Both the position numbers and the translations under genes were made by a program. The notes beneath the pieces were generated by a model. It saw nothing but the letters and a program-made list of their open reading frames with translations, did no database searches and was not told the origin of the DNA. DNA of 64,000 nt from Anaerolineales bacterium (GTDB taxonomy: Bacteria > Chloroflexota > Anaerolineae > Anaerolineales > Villigracilaceae), in assembly GCA_036781265.1 (NCBI GenBank), contig DAIQBG010000011.1, positions 22,349 through 86,348 of the forward strand. Reading direction: 5' to 3'. The stretch's first letter is position 1, and every line of letters starts with the position of its first letter. Below, one piece after another: positions 49,179 to 58,119 of the stretch.

Positions 49179-50321
49179 ATGAATATCATGAACAGGCTCG
49201 CAGATCGCTTTGCAAAGGTACAACCTCTGCCCGTTGGGGTGTATCACAAACAGGCGATGCAGGACAACAAGCCCTACCGCGTTCACCTTCGCTTACGACC
49301 GGACGGCTCTGGTCTTTTGATCCTGAATGCTGCCACGGTCCTGCAACTGAACACCACCGCCGCAGAATATGCCTATCACTTTATCCGCGGGACACAGCCG
49401 GATGAAGCCGCGAGGCAAGTCGCGGCGCGCTATCGCATCAGCCGTGCCGTTGCACAGCAGGACTTTGCAGATTTTATCGACCGGCTCGAAACCCTGATCT
49501 CTACCCCTGATCTGGATCCCGTCTCCTTCCTTGACTTTGAACGTGCTGCACCCCATTCCGCAGACCTGACCGCCCCGCTGCGCCTCGACTGCGCCCTGAC
49601 CTATCGCCTGCGAGACGACTCTCACGCGGAATACGCGCCCGCGAAGCGTGTCGACCGCGAGCTCACCACCGATGAATGGCGCACCATCCTGGATAAAGCC
49701 TGGCGGGCAGGCATCCCACATATCACTTTTACCGGCGGTGAAGCGACGCTGCGCGAAGATCTGCCCGAGTTGATCGCGCATGCCGAAAAGAATGGCCAGG
49801 TCTGCGGACTGCTCACAGACGGCTTGCGTCTGCTCGATAAAGAATATCTCGACGTGCTCCTGCAAACCGGACTCGATCATCTTCTCTTCCTCGTTCAGCC
49901 GTTCAACGAAAAGTCATGGGCGGCGCTGGAAAGGGTCGTTGCCGAAGACATTTTTGTCACTGCGCACCTGACGCTGGACCGGAACAATATAGACCGTGCG
50001 GAAGAGCTGCTGGGTCGATTGGCAACTTCGAAGGTAACGAGCCTATCGCTAACGAGTGCGGAGCCCCTTCTCAGCAATACCTTTGACGTTCTGGGCGACC
50101 GAGCCGCAGCGCTCGGGCTTACCTTGCGCTTCGATCTGCCGGTGCCCTATTCCGAGTCGAATCCTGTTGCCTATGAGTCCCGGGAGGATGCCATTCCGGA
50201 GGGAGCGGGCAAAGTCTGGCTGTATGTGGAACCGGATGGCGATGTGCTGCCCGCACAGGGTAAGGGTGAATCTGTCCTCGGCAATCTCCTACGGGATGAA
50301 TGGGAGAGCATTTATACTTAA
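49179..50321 (+). CDS. Cys-less PqqD/RRE-radical SAM paralogue (pseudo-enzyme)
   Basis: GGAGGA RBS; colinear with the upstream rSAM but YRLRDDSHAEY replaces YRCNNDCAHCY; FTGGE retained; SPASM Cys absent and domain truncated. Confidence 0.88.
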   Translation: MNIMNRLADRFAKVQPLPVGVYHKQAMQDNKPYRVHLRLRPDGSGLLILNAATVLQLNTTAAEYAYHFIRGTQPDEAARQVAARYRISRAVAQQDFADFIDRLETLISTPDLDPVSFLDFERAAPHSADLTAPLRLDCALTYRLRDDSHAEYAPAKRVDRELTTDEWRTILDKAWRAGIPHITFTGGEATLREDLPELIAHAEKNGQVCGLLTDGLRLLDKEYLDVLLQTGLDHLLFLVQPFNEKSWAALERVVAEDIFVTAHLTLDRNNIDRAEELLGRLATSKVTSLSLTSAEPLLSNTFDVLGDRAAALGLTLRFDLPVPYSESNPVAYESREDAIPEGAGKVWLYVEPDGDVLPAQGKGESVLGNLLRDEWESIYT

Positions 50322-50324
50322 TGG

Positions 50325-51053
50325 ATGGACTGGCACAACCGTTACATCCAGCAGGCCCTGTGGACTCGCGATCTGCGCGACTATCTTTTTAGACAGGGAG
50401 CTCTCTCAAACGCCAGCCATGTACTTGAGGTTGGCTGCGGGACCGGTGCCATCCTCTCCGAGTTCCCGGAATCCATCCCCGTTCATGGCCTGGATATCGA
50501 TGCGGCAGCTCTGACCCGGTGCCAGCTTTATGCCCCGGCTGCCGTTCTGGTGCAAGGCGACGCGCTGCAGCTTCCTTATTCCCATCAAACTTTCGATATC
50601 GTCTACTGTCATTTCCTCCTCTTGTGGGTGAAGGATCCCCTGCAGGCATTGCTCGAAATGAAACGCGTCGCCAGGACCGGCGGACACATAATGGCATTTG
50701 CCGAGCCGGACTACAACGCGCGACGTGACGAGCCGCCTGAGCTTATCCCTCTGGGGCGGTTGCAGGCTAGCTCGTTGCGGCGACAGGGCGCGGACCCCGG
50801 TCTGGGAGCGCGGCTGGCAGAGCTATTTTTTCTGGCAGGCATCGGGCCCCTCGAAACGGGACCTATTCACCGCACGAAGGCAGTGCGGTCCCTTGGTGAT
50901 TTTGAGATGGAATGGGAAGTGATCGAATCCGATCTGGCAGGTGTTGTCCCGGATGGCGAGATTCAAAACATGAAACGGCTGGATGAGCGGGCTCGGGCGC
51001 GCGGTGAGCGGGTTCTGCACGTGCCCACCTATTTTGCATGGGGACGCGCCTGA
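50325..51053 (+). CDS. Class I SAM-dependent methyltransferase
   Basis: VLEVGCGTG, GLDID, QGDA..LPY..TFD, EMKRV..GG; 3 bp after the previous gene. Confidence 0.9.
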   Translation: MDWHNRYIQQALWTRDLRDYLFRQGALSNASHVLEVGCGTGAILSEFPESIPVHGLDIDAAALTRCQLYAPAAVLVQGDALQLPYSHQTFDIVYCHFLLLWVKDPLQALLEMKRVARTGGHIMAFAEPDYNARRDEPPELIPLGRLQASSLRRQGADPGLGARLAELFFLAGIGPLETGPIHRTKAVRSLGDFEMEWEVIESDLAGVVPDGEIQNMKRLDERARARGERVLHVPTYFAWGRA

Positions 51054-51078
51054 CCAGCCGTGTTAAACTGGTGGAAAC

Positions 51079-51642
51079 ATGACAGAGATCGTCAGACCCC
51101 TTCCTGAATCCTACTGGGTTATCCCCGGACGGTTACTGGCAGGTGAATATCCGGGTAGATATCAGGAGGAGTTGACACGCCGACGGCTGGATGCACTGAT
51201 CGAAACTGGCTTCGATACGTTCATCGATCTAACGGGATTCAATGAGAACGTGCCATATGACGGGTTGCTGCAGGAAGAAGCGAAAATCTACGACGTCCAG
51301 GTGCGGCATTTCTCTTTTCCGATAGCTGACTTTGGCTTGCCAACCCCGAAACAGATGAACTCTATTTTGGACGCTATCGAGGCAGGCTTAAGGGTCGGCG
51401 GCAAAATCTACCTGCACTGCCGGGGCGGGATCGGGCGAACAGGTACGACCGTGGGCTGTTACCTCGTCAGACAGGGCATGAGCGGTGCAGAGGCCCTGGA
51501 CCAGCTGGAAGCCTGGTGGCGCGGGGTTCCAAAGAGCCGCGATTATCCACGTTCGCCCGAAACTACCCAGCAAAAGGATTTCGTGCTGGCCTGGGCAGAG
51601 TATGATACAGGATCGGGGCGCTCCATGCCACCTTGCAACTAA
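51079..51642 (+). CDS. Cys-based protein tyrosine/dual-specificity phosphatase
   Basis: HCRGGIGRTG (CX5R), FPIADFG general-acid loop, SPET..Q. Confidence 0.9.
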   Translation: MTEIVRPLPESYWVIPGRLLAGEYPGRYQEELTRRRLDALIETGFDTFIDLTGFNENVPYDGLLQEEAKIYDVQVRHFSFPIADFGLPTPKQMNSILDAIEAGLRVGGKIYLHCRGGIGRTGTTVGCYLVRQGMSGAEALDQLEAWWRGVPKSRDYPRSPETTQQKDFVLAWAEYDTGSGRSMPPCN

Positions 51643-51714
51643 GTTAACTCCACCTTAAGGGTGGACTGACTCCCTGTAAAAGGCATTATAATTTTTGCTT
51701 GGAGAAATTAACGT

Positions 51715-52323
51715 TTGGAAACTACTCAACCTGAAGCGCAATATCAGCCCGAACCTGTCGTGGAGCAACCTGCCAACTGGAAGCGATTTGTCCTCGATAT
51801 ACTGGAGACCATTGTTCTGGCTGTTGTCCTGTATTTTGGAATTAACGCCGTGTCCGCCCGTGTCCGGGTGGATGGCTTTAGCATGCGACCCACCCTGGAG
51901 GACGGGGAATATATCCTCGTGAACAAGCTTGCTTATAAAACGGGCGAGCCACAGCGAGGGGATATTGTCGTTTTCGTATTTCCGATCAACCCGCAGGAAG
52001 ATCTGATCAAACGTGTGATTGGTCTACCGGGCGAGGCCGTTGCTGTGCACAATGGTGTGGTCAGCGTCAATGGCTTGCCTCTGGACGAGCCCTATATTGC
52101 CAGCCCGCCCGCTTATGACGGAGAATGGGTCGTGCCTGAAGGCCAGTTATTTGTGCTCGGAGATAATCGTAACGATTCACGAGACTCGCACCAGTGGGGA
52201 CTCTTGCCCATCGAGAATGTCATCGGTCGAGCCGTCTTAATTTATTGGCCCCCGGAACAGTGGAAGGTAATCAATCAGGATGAACGGACTGTCATGGGGC
52301 AGGAAGCATTCAGTACACGATGA
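51715..52323 (+). CDS. lepB: Signal peptidase I
   Basis: GFSMRPTL (Ser), LIKRVIGLPG (Lys), GDNRNDSRDS; TTG start with GGAG RBS. Confidence 0.95.
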   Translation: METTQPEAQYQPEPVVEQPANWKRFVLDILETIVLAVVLYFGINAVSARVRVDGFSMRPTLEDGEYILVNKLAYKTGEPQRGDIVVFVFPINPQEDLIKRVIGLPGEAVAVHNGVVSVNGLPLDEPYIASPPAYDGEWVVPEGQLFVLGDNRNDSRDSHQWGLLPIENVIGRAVLIYWPPEQWKVINQDERTVMGQEAFSTR

Positions 52324-52625
52324 ACCTTCTTCAAACTTATCCAGTTCCAGCCTCCAGGTCGTATCCCTGCAGGGAATGTTCTGCGGGGGTGATGCACTTG
52401 CGGCACATCACCTACTTTACCTGGCTGGGAGGAGAACTGATCCTGGTGCCAAACTTCCCGGCCTGGATCTGTGATATGTGCGGCAAGCGGGAATTCGACG
52501 CACGTGCGATCGCATGGCTCACCATGCTCCTGGATCCGAACGCGGGTAAGCCCACCCAGCGGCGTACACGAGCCCCGAGACCCACGGCGAACAAACGGAA
52601 CCTGCCTCACCTCCCTCTGGAATAG
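52320..52625 (+). CDS. YgiT-type zinc finger protein
   Basis: CREC...VPNFPAWICDMCG; ATGA overlap with lepB. Confidence 0.8.
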   Translation: MNLLQTYPVPASRSYPCRECSAGVMHLRHITYFTWLGGELILVPNFPAWICDMCGKREFDARAIAWLTMLLDPNAGKPTQRRTRAPRPTANKRNLPHLPLE

Positions 52626-52655
52626 TTCTTTATCCCGAACGCCGAGGCTCACATC

Positions 52656-53198
52656 ATGGACAGCTCTCCACGAACCTACAGATTTCTTCCAGCAGATATT
52701 TACACGTCCGGATACCGGGTCGTGGGAAAGGTAATGGTTTCCACCAATGGAATCATGGGGGTCTTAAACGATATCAACAAATCTCATCTCGAACTTCATG
52801 ATGCCCGTATGGCACGGATTCACATGCCTACAAAGCTGGTGGATCATTTCGAAGTGGTTCGCCTGGTCAAATCACAGGTCTTTGCCATCTGCGCCGCCCG
52901 GCGCGAGGATCTGGGTCCGTATCAACTTCAGCGGGGTGGCTACAGCAGCGTTTCTCCCATGCCGGTCCGGCTGACAACACAGATGTATGAGATCGAAGGG
53001 AAAATCGAAGTCGCGGGGCGGTTTGACTTCGCTGCAATTATTGCGGACCGGTCTCGGAATTTTCTGCCGGTGTACGAAGGAGTTCTCACGGCGATCCTGA
53101 TTCCCAATGTGAAATCTGAGAGTCCGGGTATCCTCATTAACCGGGACAAGATTGATACGCTGGCCCTGCTCGGGCAGCGTGCCAAAGAAGAAAAATAG
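52656..53198 (+). CDS. Hypothetical protein (two similar Sm-like/DUF6812-like halves)
   Basis: 'IYTSGYRVVG' and 'LTTQMYEIEG' repeated halves; GAGG RBS. Confidence 0.65.
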   Translation: MDSSPRTYRFLPADIYTSGYRVVGKVMVSTNGIMGVLNDINKSHLELHDARMARIHMPTKLVDHFEVVRLVKSQVFAICAARREDLGPYQLQRGGYSSVSPMPVRLTTQMYEIEGKIEVAGRFDFAAIIADRSRNFLPVYEGVLTAILIPNVKSESPGILINRDKIDTLALLGQRAKEEK

Positions 53199-53207
53199 AG
53201 CAAATGC

Positions 53208-53236
53208 TTGACCACTACCGGAGGGAATGATAAAAT
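53208..53236 (+). promoter_or_regulatory. sigma70 promoter of tRNA-Glu
   Basis: TTGACC-17 bp-TAAAAT with extended TG, followed by a GC-rich discriminator. Confidence 0.75.
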
Positions 53237-53257
53237 CCGCCCGCTCAGGAAACCATG

Positions 53258-53330
53258 GCCCCCATCGTCTAGTGGACTAGGACGCAGCCCTTTCAAGGCT
53301 ACGACCGGGGTTCGAATCCCCGTGGGGGCA
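53258..53330 (+). tRNA. tRNA-Glu (anticodon TTC), CCA not encoded
   Basis: Acceptor GCCCCCA/TGGGGGC, D-arm gtctagtggactaggac, anticodon loop CTTTCAA, T-loop GTTCGAATC. Confidence 0.95.
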
Positions 53331-53339
53331 CACAAGAAG

Positions 53340-53366
53340 AACATGCTTTCGGGCATGTTTTTGTTT
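53340..53366 (+). terminator. Intrinsic terminator after the tRNA
   Basis: aacatgct-ttcg-ggcatgtt followed by tttgttt. Confidence 0.8.
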
Positions 53367-53489
53367 AACTGATGACCGGCGTTCCATCGTGGAGATATAG
53401 ATGGTGCGAGAGACTCCGATTTCTAGGGTCAGGCTCAGCACGCTCTCTGTGCCTTTGACATTGGTGCTGTGCATGAGTGTTGGGGCGCT

Positions 53490-53585
53490 AGGGGAGATGC
53501 CCGGTACGTATCAGCCCGCATTATTGACCACAACATCTCCGCCGGTCATGCCAAACCGCATGGTTTCGCGGAATGCATCCAATCT
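53490..53585 (-). pseudogene. Possible short-chain dehydrogenase remnant
   Basis: Minus frame reads ...RFGMTGGDVVVNNAG*YVPG: SDR-like NNAG motif followed by a stop. Confidence 0.3.
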
Positions 53586-53621
53586 CTAAATATCGTGCTC
53601 CCGTTGTAAATACAAATGCGC

Positions 53622-54479
53622 TCAAGCTGGTTTCTGCAGCACTTTGAACAAGGCCGACACTTCTTCGCGTCCATAGCCTGCCTCGATGGCCTGCTGAAAG
53701 AGACGCGCGGTCAGCTCTACGAACCCGGCATCAATCCGGCTGTCGCGGGCATGCCGGGCGATCTGTCGGATACCTCCCGCCCAGAGCTCCAGCGGAGCAG
53801 AGGTCTCTTGATAATTACCCGACTGGATATTTTCGCACAACCATTTTTCATAGCTCTTGCCCTGCTCGCCTAACAAAGCGATAAATTGTTCCAGCGGGAT
53901 GCCTTCGGCCTGGCAAATTTGCACGCTATGAAACAGGCTCAAAAACATCCCGTAATAATGCATGATGTGGATCATTTCCCAGGCGGAAGCCAATCCGATG
54001 AGCTCACCCTTGTAATCCAGGTTATTGGCGAGAATCCGCAGGAGCGCTTGAGCTTTTTGAAAGGCTGCTTCCCGGCCGGCGATCACAATATGGGCGCCGG
54101 GTGTGCCAATGGAGCTGGGGCTCCCAGTAATGGCACAATCGAGATATTCAGCTCCACGCTCATGCGCCCAGGCTTCGCTCGCGCGGGCATCCTGCGGGGA
54201 GCCAGTGGTGAACTGAATGAGTACCTTTCCCGGAAGATGGGTCATCACTTCTTCCAAAATATGGTTTGCCGCCGCGTAGTTGGTCACACAAACCATGATG
54301 ATCGGGCTTGCCGCGATGGCCGCGGCTTTGCTCCGAGCCAGTACCGCGCCCAGATCCACCAAAGGGGCAGCTCTTTCCGAGCTGCGATTCCACACAGTGA
54401 CCGCACGCCCGTTCCCTAGTAAGGCACGGACTAATGCTGACCCCATGTTTCCCAGACCGATCATTGTGACCTCGCTCAT
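53622..54479 (-). CDS. NAD(P)-dependent oxidoreductase, imine reductase/beta-hydroxyacid dehydrogenase family
   Basis: IGLGNMGSAL, VTVWNRS, TTGSP, YLDCAITG; GGAGG RBS. Confidence 0.85.
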   Translation of the reverse strand: MSEVTMIGLGNMGSALVRALLGNGRAVTVWNRSSERAAPLVDLGAVLARSKAAAIAASPIIMVCVTNYAAANHILEEVMTHLPGKVLIQFTTGSPQDARASEAWAHERGAEYLDCAITGSPSSIGTPGAHIVIAGREAAFQKAQALLRILANNLDYKGELIGLASAWEMIHIMHYYGMFLSLFHSVQICQAEGIPLEQFIALLGEQGKSYEKWLCENIQSGNYQETSAPLELWAGGIRQIARHARDSRIDAGFVELTARLFQQAIEAGYGREEVSALFKVLQKPA

Positions 54480-54598
54480 ACTACGGCCTCCATGTATCTA
54501 TGAAAAGTTCGCTCAGCCGGACGGATGATCCCATGAACCCGGCTGAGCTTAGTGTAGTCTCTTTTTACGCGGCGGGCCCAGCGAACCTGCCCCTCACT

Positions 54599-55099
54599 TT
54601 ACGGCTCGAGGATCCAGCCTGTGATCGTGAACGGACCAGAGTGGCCATTGCGATAGGCTCCAAAATGCCCCTGCAGCCCTTCGTAACCGCCGCTTCCCCG
54701 GGCGACGCCACGGTAGAAATATTCACCGCCCTCGGTGATCTCGCTGGTAAAGGTGCCATTCCACGTCCCGCCCTCATTTTCGATGTGGAAGGTGCCCCAC
54801 AGGTACCCCGCCAGGCCAAGCTCGGAGGAGGGGGCGGGTCTGAAATTGCCGTTGGAGACGATCGTTTCTTCGCCAGTGAGGCGCGGATCCGAGTTGACAT
54901 CGTGATAGACCTCCACGATGCCACGCGCAAGAACATTGCCGCTGGGAAGATACGTCCACTCGCCTGCATTGAGCGTCTCAACGAAATTCGCTGTACCCGC
55001 GAACGTTGTTCTCTGAGCACTCGCCATCGCCGTGGAAGGGTTGAACAAGACCGTCAACAGAACAAACACAAGCATGGATAAGAATTTTGGATGTTTCAT
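54599..55099 (-). CDS. Small secreted beta-rich hypothetical protein
   Basis: Signal peptide ending AMA, 'RGVARGSGGYEGL', AAGGAG RBS. Confidence 0.75.
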   Translation of the reverse strand: MKHPKFLSMLVFVLLTVLFNPSTAMASAQRTTFAGTANFVETLNAGEWTYLPSGNVLARGIVEVYHDVNSDPRLTGEETIVSNGNFRPAPSSELGLAGYLWGTFHIENEGGTWNGTFTSEITEGGEYFYRGVARGSGGYEGLQGHFGAYRNGHSGPFTITGWILEP

Positions 55100-55227
55100 C
55101 GTTTTCTCCTTTTGAAAATCTGATTGGTTTCAGTCTAGCATCTGGCGCGTCTGAAAACTTGCCATAATTCCCCAAAAATTCCCCATTCCATTTGTGTCCA
55201 AGTTATACTTCCTGTGAGGATAAGGCC

Positions 55228-57855
55228 GTGCGTGCACCTTCCGTTTCACCTGAAAAATTTTCCACCTTTGGCAACCTGCTCAAATACCTGCGCAAACTTG
55301 AAGGCCTCACTCAGCGAGAGCTTGCTATTCTGGTGGGATACAGCGATACGCAGATCAGTCGGCTCGAGCAAAGTCAACGCGTGCCCGATGCCGCGACACT
55401 CCAGGCCTTGTTCGTCCCCGCCCTGCATCTCGAGCATCAGTCCCGGTGGGTAGAGCGCTTATTGGAACTTGCCAGGCAGGCGCGCCTGGGGGAGTTGCCT
55501 GAAACAGAGACGAAGGTTGCCCTAAACAACCTGCCCGCTGTGCTGACCACATTCATTGGGCGTGAAAAAGAACAGGCAGAGATCCTGCAATTGATCGGCA
55601 CACATCGACTGGTAACGTTGACCGGCTCAGGCGGGGTCGGTAAAACGCGGATATCGTTGAAAGTCGGCGGACAGGTTCTATATGAGTATCCCAACGGTGT
55701 CTGGCTGGTGGAGCTGGCGCCTCTCAGCGACCCCGAGCTCTTGCCGCAAACGGTCGCATCCGTGTTTGGGATGGTGACCCAGGCCACCCGTTCACATACC
55801 GAATTGCTGATCGACTTCCTGCGGCCGAAAACGGCGCTGCTGATCCTCGATAACTGCGAGCATCTCCTGGATGCCAGTGCACACTTCGCCGACATACTCC
55901 TGAAACACTGCCCTCAACTAAAAATCCTGGCTACCAGCCGCGAAGCGCTCGGCATTCTCGGCGAGATCGTCTACCCCATGCCCTCCCTGAGATTGCCGGA
56001 TATTCAGCAGACACTCGAAATATTCGGGAGCTATGAGTCCGTGCGCTTGTTCGAGGAGCGCGCCCGGCTTGCCCAGCCCGATTTCCAGTTGACACTGGAA
56101 AACGCCTCCTCCGTCGCCCAGATCTGTTCCCGTCTCGACGGCATTCCCCTCGCCATCGAATTAGCCGCGGCGCGCGTCAATATGTTTTCCACGGCGCAGA
56201 TCGCAGCCCGCCTCGACGACCGTTTCCACCTGCTCATAGCCGGCAGTCGCACCGCCTTGCCGCGCCAGCAGACCCTGCGCGCTTCGATCGACTGGAGTTG
56301 GAACCTGATCTCCGGTCCTGAGCATGCGCTGTTGCGGCGGCTGAGTGTCTTTGCGGGCGGGTGGACTCTGGAAGCCGCCGAATCCGTTTGCATCGGCGAA
56401 GGCACTGCCGGAGGCAGCGTCGAGCCTCGGCAAGTTCCGAATTTGATGACCCAGCTTGTAGCAAAGTCCTTGGTGATCGTAGACCGTCAGCCCGGGCCTG
56501 AGCGGCGATTCCACCTGCATGAAACCATCCGCCAATATGCGCATGAAAAACTCTTGGAAGCCGGTGAGCATGCAAACGTCTGCAGCCAGCTCTTGAACTA
56601 TTTTCTCGAGCTTTCCAAGCAGGCTGAGCTCTCCTTGCACGGTCCCGACCAAATGGAATGGTATCAGCGCTTGACCGATGAGCGCGATAACCTGCGTGTT
56701 GCCCTGGCACATGCAGCCGGGACGGGTGCATCCCGGTCAGGTACGTCCGCGGCAGATCTGGAAGCTGGATTGGCGATATCCGCAAAATTGGTTGACTACT
56801 GGGTAGCTTCCGACTACCGCGAAGGGCTGCGGTGGAGCACGGAATTTATCCAAAACCCCGCCTCACAAAATTTGCCACTGGCACGTGCAAAAGCCTTGAT
56901 GACGCAGGGCTGGCTTCTGTGGAGCATGCAGCAGTTTGAAGCCATCCGTACCATTGCGGAGGGATGTTTGGAGGTATTCCGTCGTTATGGCGATCAGATA
57001 GGGGAATATGATGCCTTGATATTAATGGGGAACATGCAGCATTACGCAGGAGGCATAGAGCAAAGAGCAGAGTTTGCTCGACGGGCGCTGGCCCTGGCTC
57101 GTTCCATGGGGGATGACTTGCGGCAGGCATTCGCATTATTCGTGCTGGGTTGGGATCGACGTGATCCTCAACAGGCACGCCAGCACTTGGAGGAAGCGGT
57201 CGTGCTTTTTCGCCAGAGAGGCGATTGGCGATTCCTGGCACAAGCTCTTGGCGTCTTGGGACTCACAGCCTTGTCGAACGGCGATCTTGCATCCGCTGAA
57301 GAGTTTCTGGACGAAGCGTACAAGATAAATCAGCGGACCAACCGGAGTGCAATGGAATACGTCCTGACTGGCAAAGGAATCCTGTGTATGCTGCGCGGCG
57401 AGTATGGACAGGCGCGCCTCTACCTGCAAATGAATATCGATAATCTCGAAAAGATGGGAAATCGGGTGGGGGTTCTGTGGGGACGCGCTCGGCTAGGCGA
57501 TGTTGCACTGCGCGAGGGAAGCGTGGCAGAAGCGCATCGAATTCTGGTGGATACGATTGAAAATTTTCATATCACTGGAAACAAGAATGGGCTCGCATTC
57601 GCAGTGGACAGAATGGCCAGCCTGTACGTTGCTATTGATAAGCAGAACGTTGCCGCACGTCTGATTGGCTGGTCAGATGTGACCCGCACGGAAATTGGCG
57701 ACCCGCGTCCGCGCCTCGAGCAAGAGGATCTGGATCGGGCGATCGACGCGATCAAGGCAAAGATTGGTCCCTCCGCATTCGAAGTGGATCATAATTCCGG
57801 GCGTAAGATGACACTCGCTGAAGCAGTGGCGTTGGCGTTAGAGACCAACGATTAA
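55228..57855 (+). CDS. XRE-HTH + STAND (NB-ARC-like) ATPase + TPR transcriptional regulator
   Basis: LTQRELA..YSDTQISRLE HTH, FIGRE, GSGGVGKT, LLILDNCEH, GIPLAIELAAAR, C-terminal TPR-like helices; GTG start with GAGGA RBS. Confidence 0.9.
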   Translation: MRAPSVSPEKFSTFGNLLKYLRKLEGLTQRELAILVGYSDTQISRLEQSQRVPDAATLQALFVPALHLEHQSRWVERLLELARQARLGELPETETKVALNNLPAVLTTFIGREKEQAEILQLIGTHRLVTLTGSGGVGKTRISLKVGGQVLYEYPNGVWLVELAPLSDPELLPQTVASVFGMVTQATRSHTELLIDFLRPKTALLILDNCEHLLDASAHFADILLKHCPQLKILATSREALGILGEIVYPMPSLRLPDIQQTLEIFGSYESVRLFEERARLAQPDFQLTLENASSVAQICSRLDGIPLAIELAAARVNMFSTAQIAARLDDRFHLLIAGSRTALPRQQTLRASIDWSWNLISGPEHALLRRLSVFAGGWTLEAAESVCIGEGTAGGSVEPRQVPNLMTQLVAKSLVIVDRQPGPERRFHLHETIRQYAHEKLLEAGEHANVCSQLLNYFLELSKQAELSLHGPDQMEWYQRLTDERDNLRVALAHAAGTGASRSGTSAADLEAGLAISAKLVDYWVASDYREGLRWSTEFIQNPASQNLPLARAKALMTQGWLLWSMQQFEAIRTIAEGCLEVFRRYGDQIGEYDALILMGNMQHYAGGIEQRAEFARRALALARSMGDDLRQAFALFVLGWDRRDPQQARQHLEEAVVLFRQRGDWRFLAQALGVLGLTALSNGDLASAEEFLDEAYKINQRTNRSAMEYVLTGKGILCMLRGEYGQARLYLQMNIDNLEKMGNRVGVLWGRARLGDVALREGSVAEAHRILVDTIENFHITGNKNGLAFAVDRMASLYVAIDKQNVAARLIGWSDVTRTEIGDPRPRLEQEDLDRAIDAIKAKIGPSAFEVDHNSGRKMTLAEAVALALETND

Positions 57856-58119
57856 GGCTTTTGGATTGGTTCCCGCTGATTTCAGAGAATGTGGTTCGGG
57901 AAAGATCCGCGCAGGGGCATCAATTTCCCAGAAACCGCCAACAGATCGGGCACAGCCCTATGTGTTGAGTGGTTTTTGTTTATGTTAAGATTTGATTCGA
58001 GAGGAAAAGTACATACTTTGGGGCGCAATGCAGGTGCAGAAGCAGACAAAACGGGTATATAGCGGTTCGAGTCGCTGCAGGTGCTTATAGCAGCAAGACG
58101 TTGGGTGTATCCAATGCTC

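Noticed and set aside
47993..49189. 398-aa minus-strand ORF and other long antisense ORFs (e.g. 6492-7262, 15311-16024, 61788-62627)
   Set aside because: Shadow frames of well-supported genes in GC-rich DNA, with no recognisable motifs
53258..53330. Active prophage or ICE integrated at tRNA-Glu
   Set aside because: No integrase, phage genes or duplicated tRNA 3' end seen in the window
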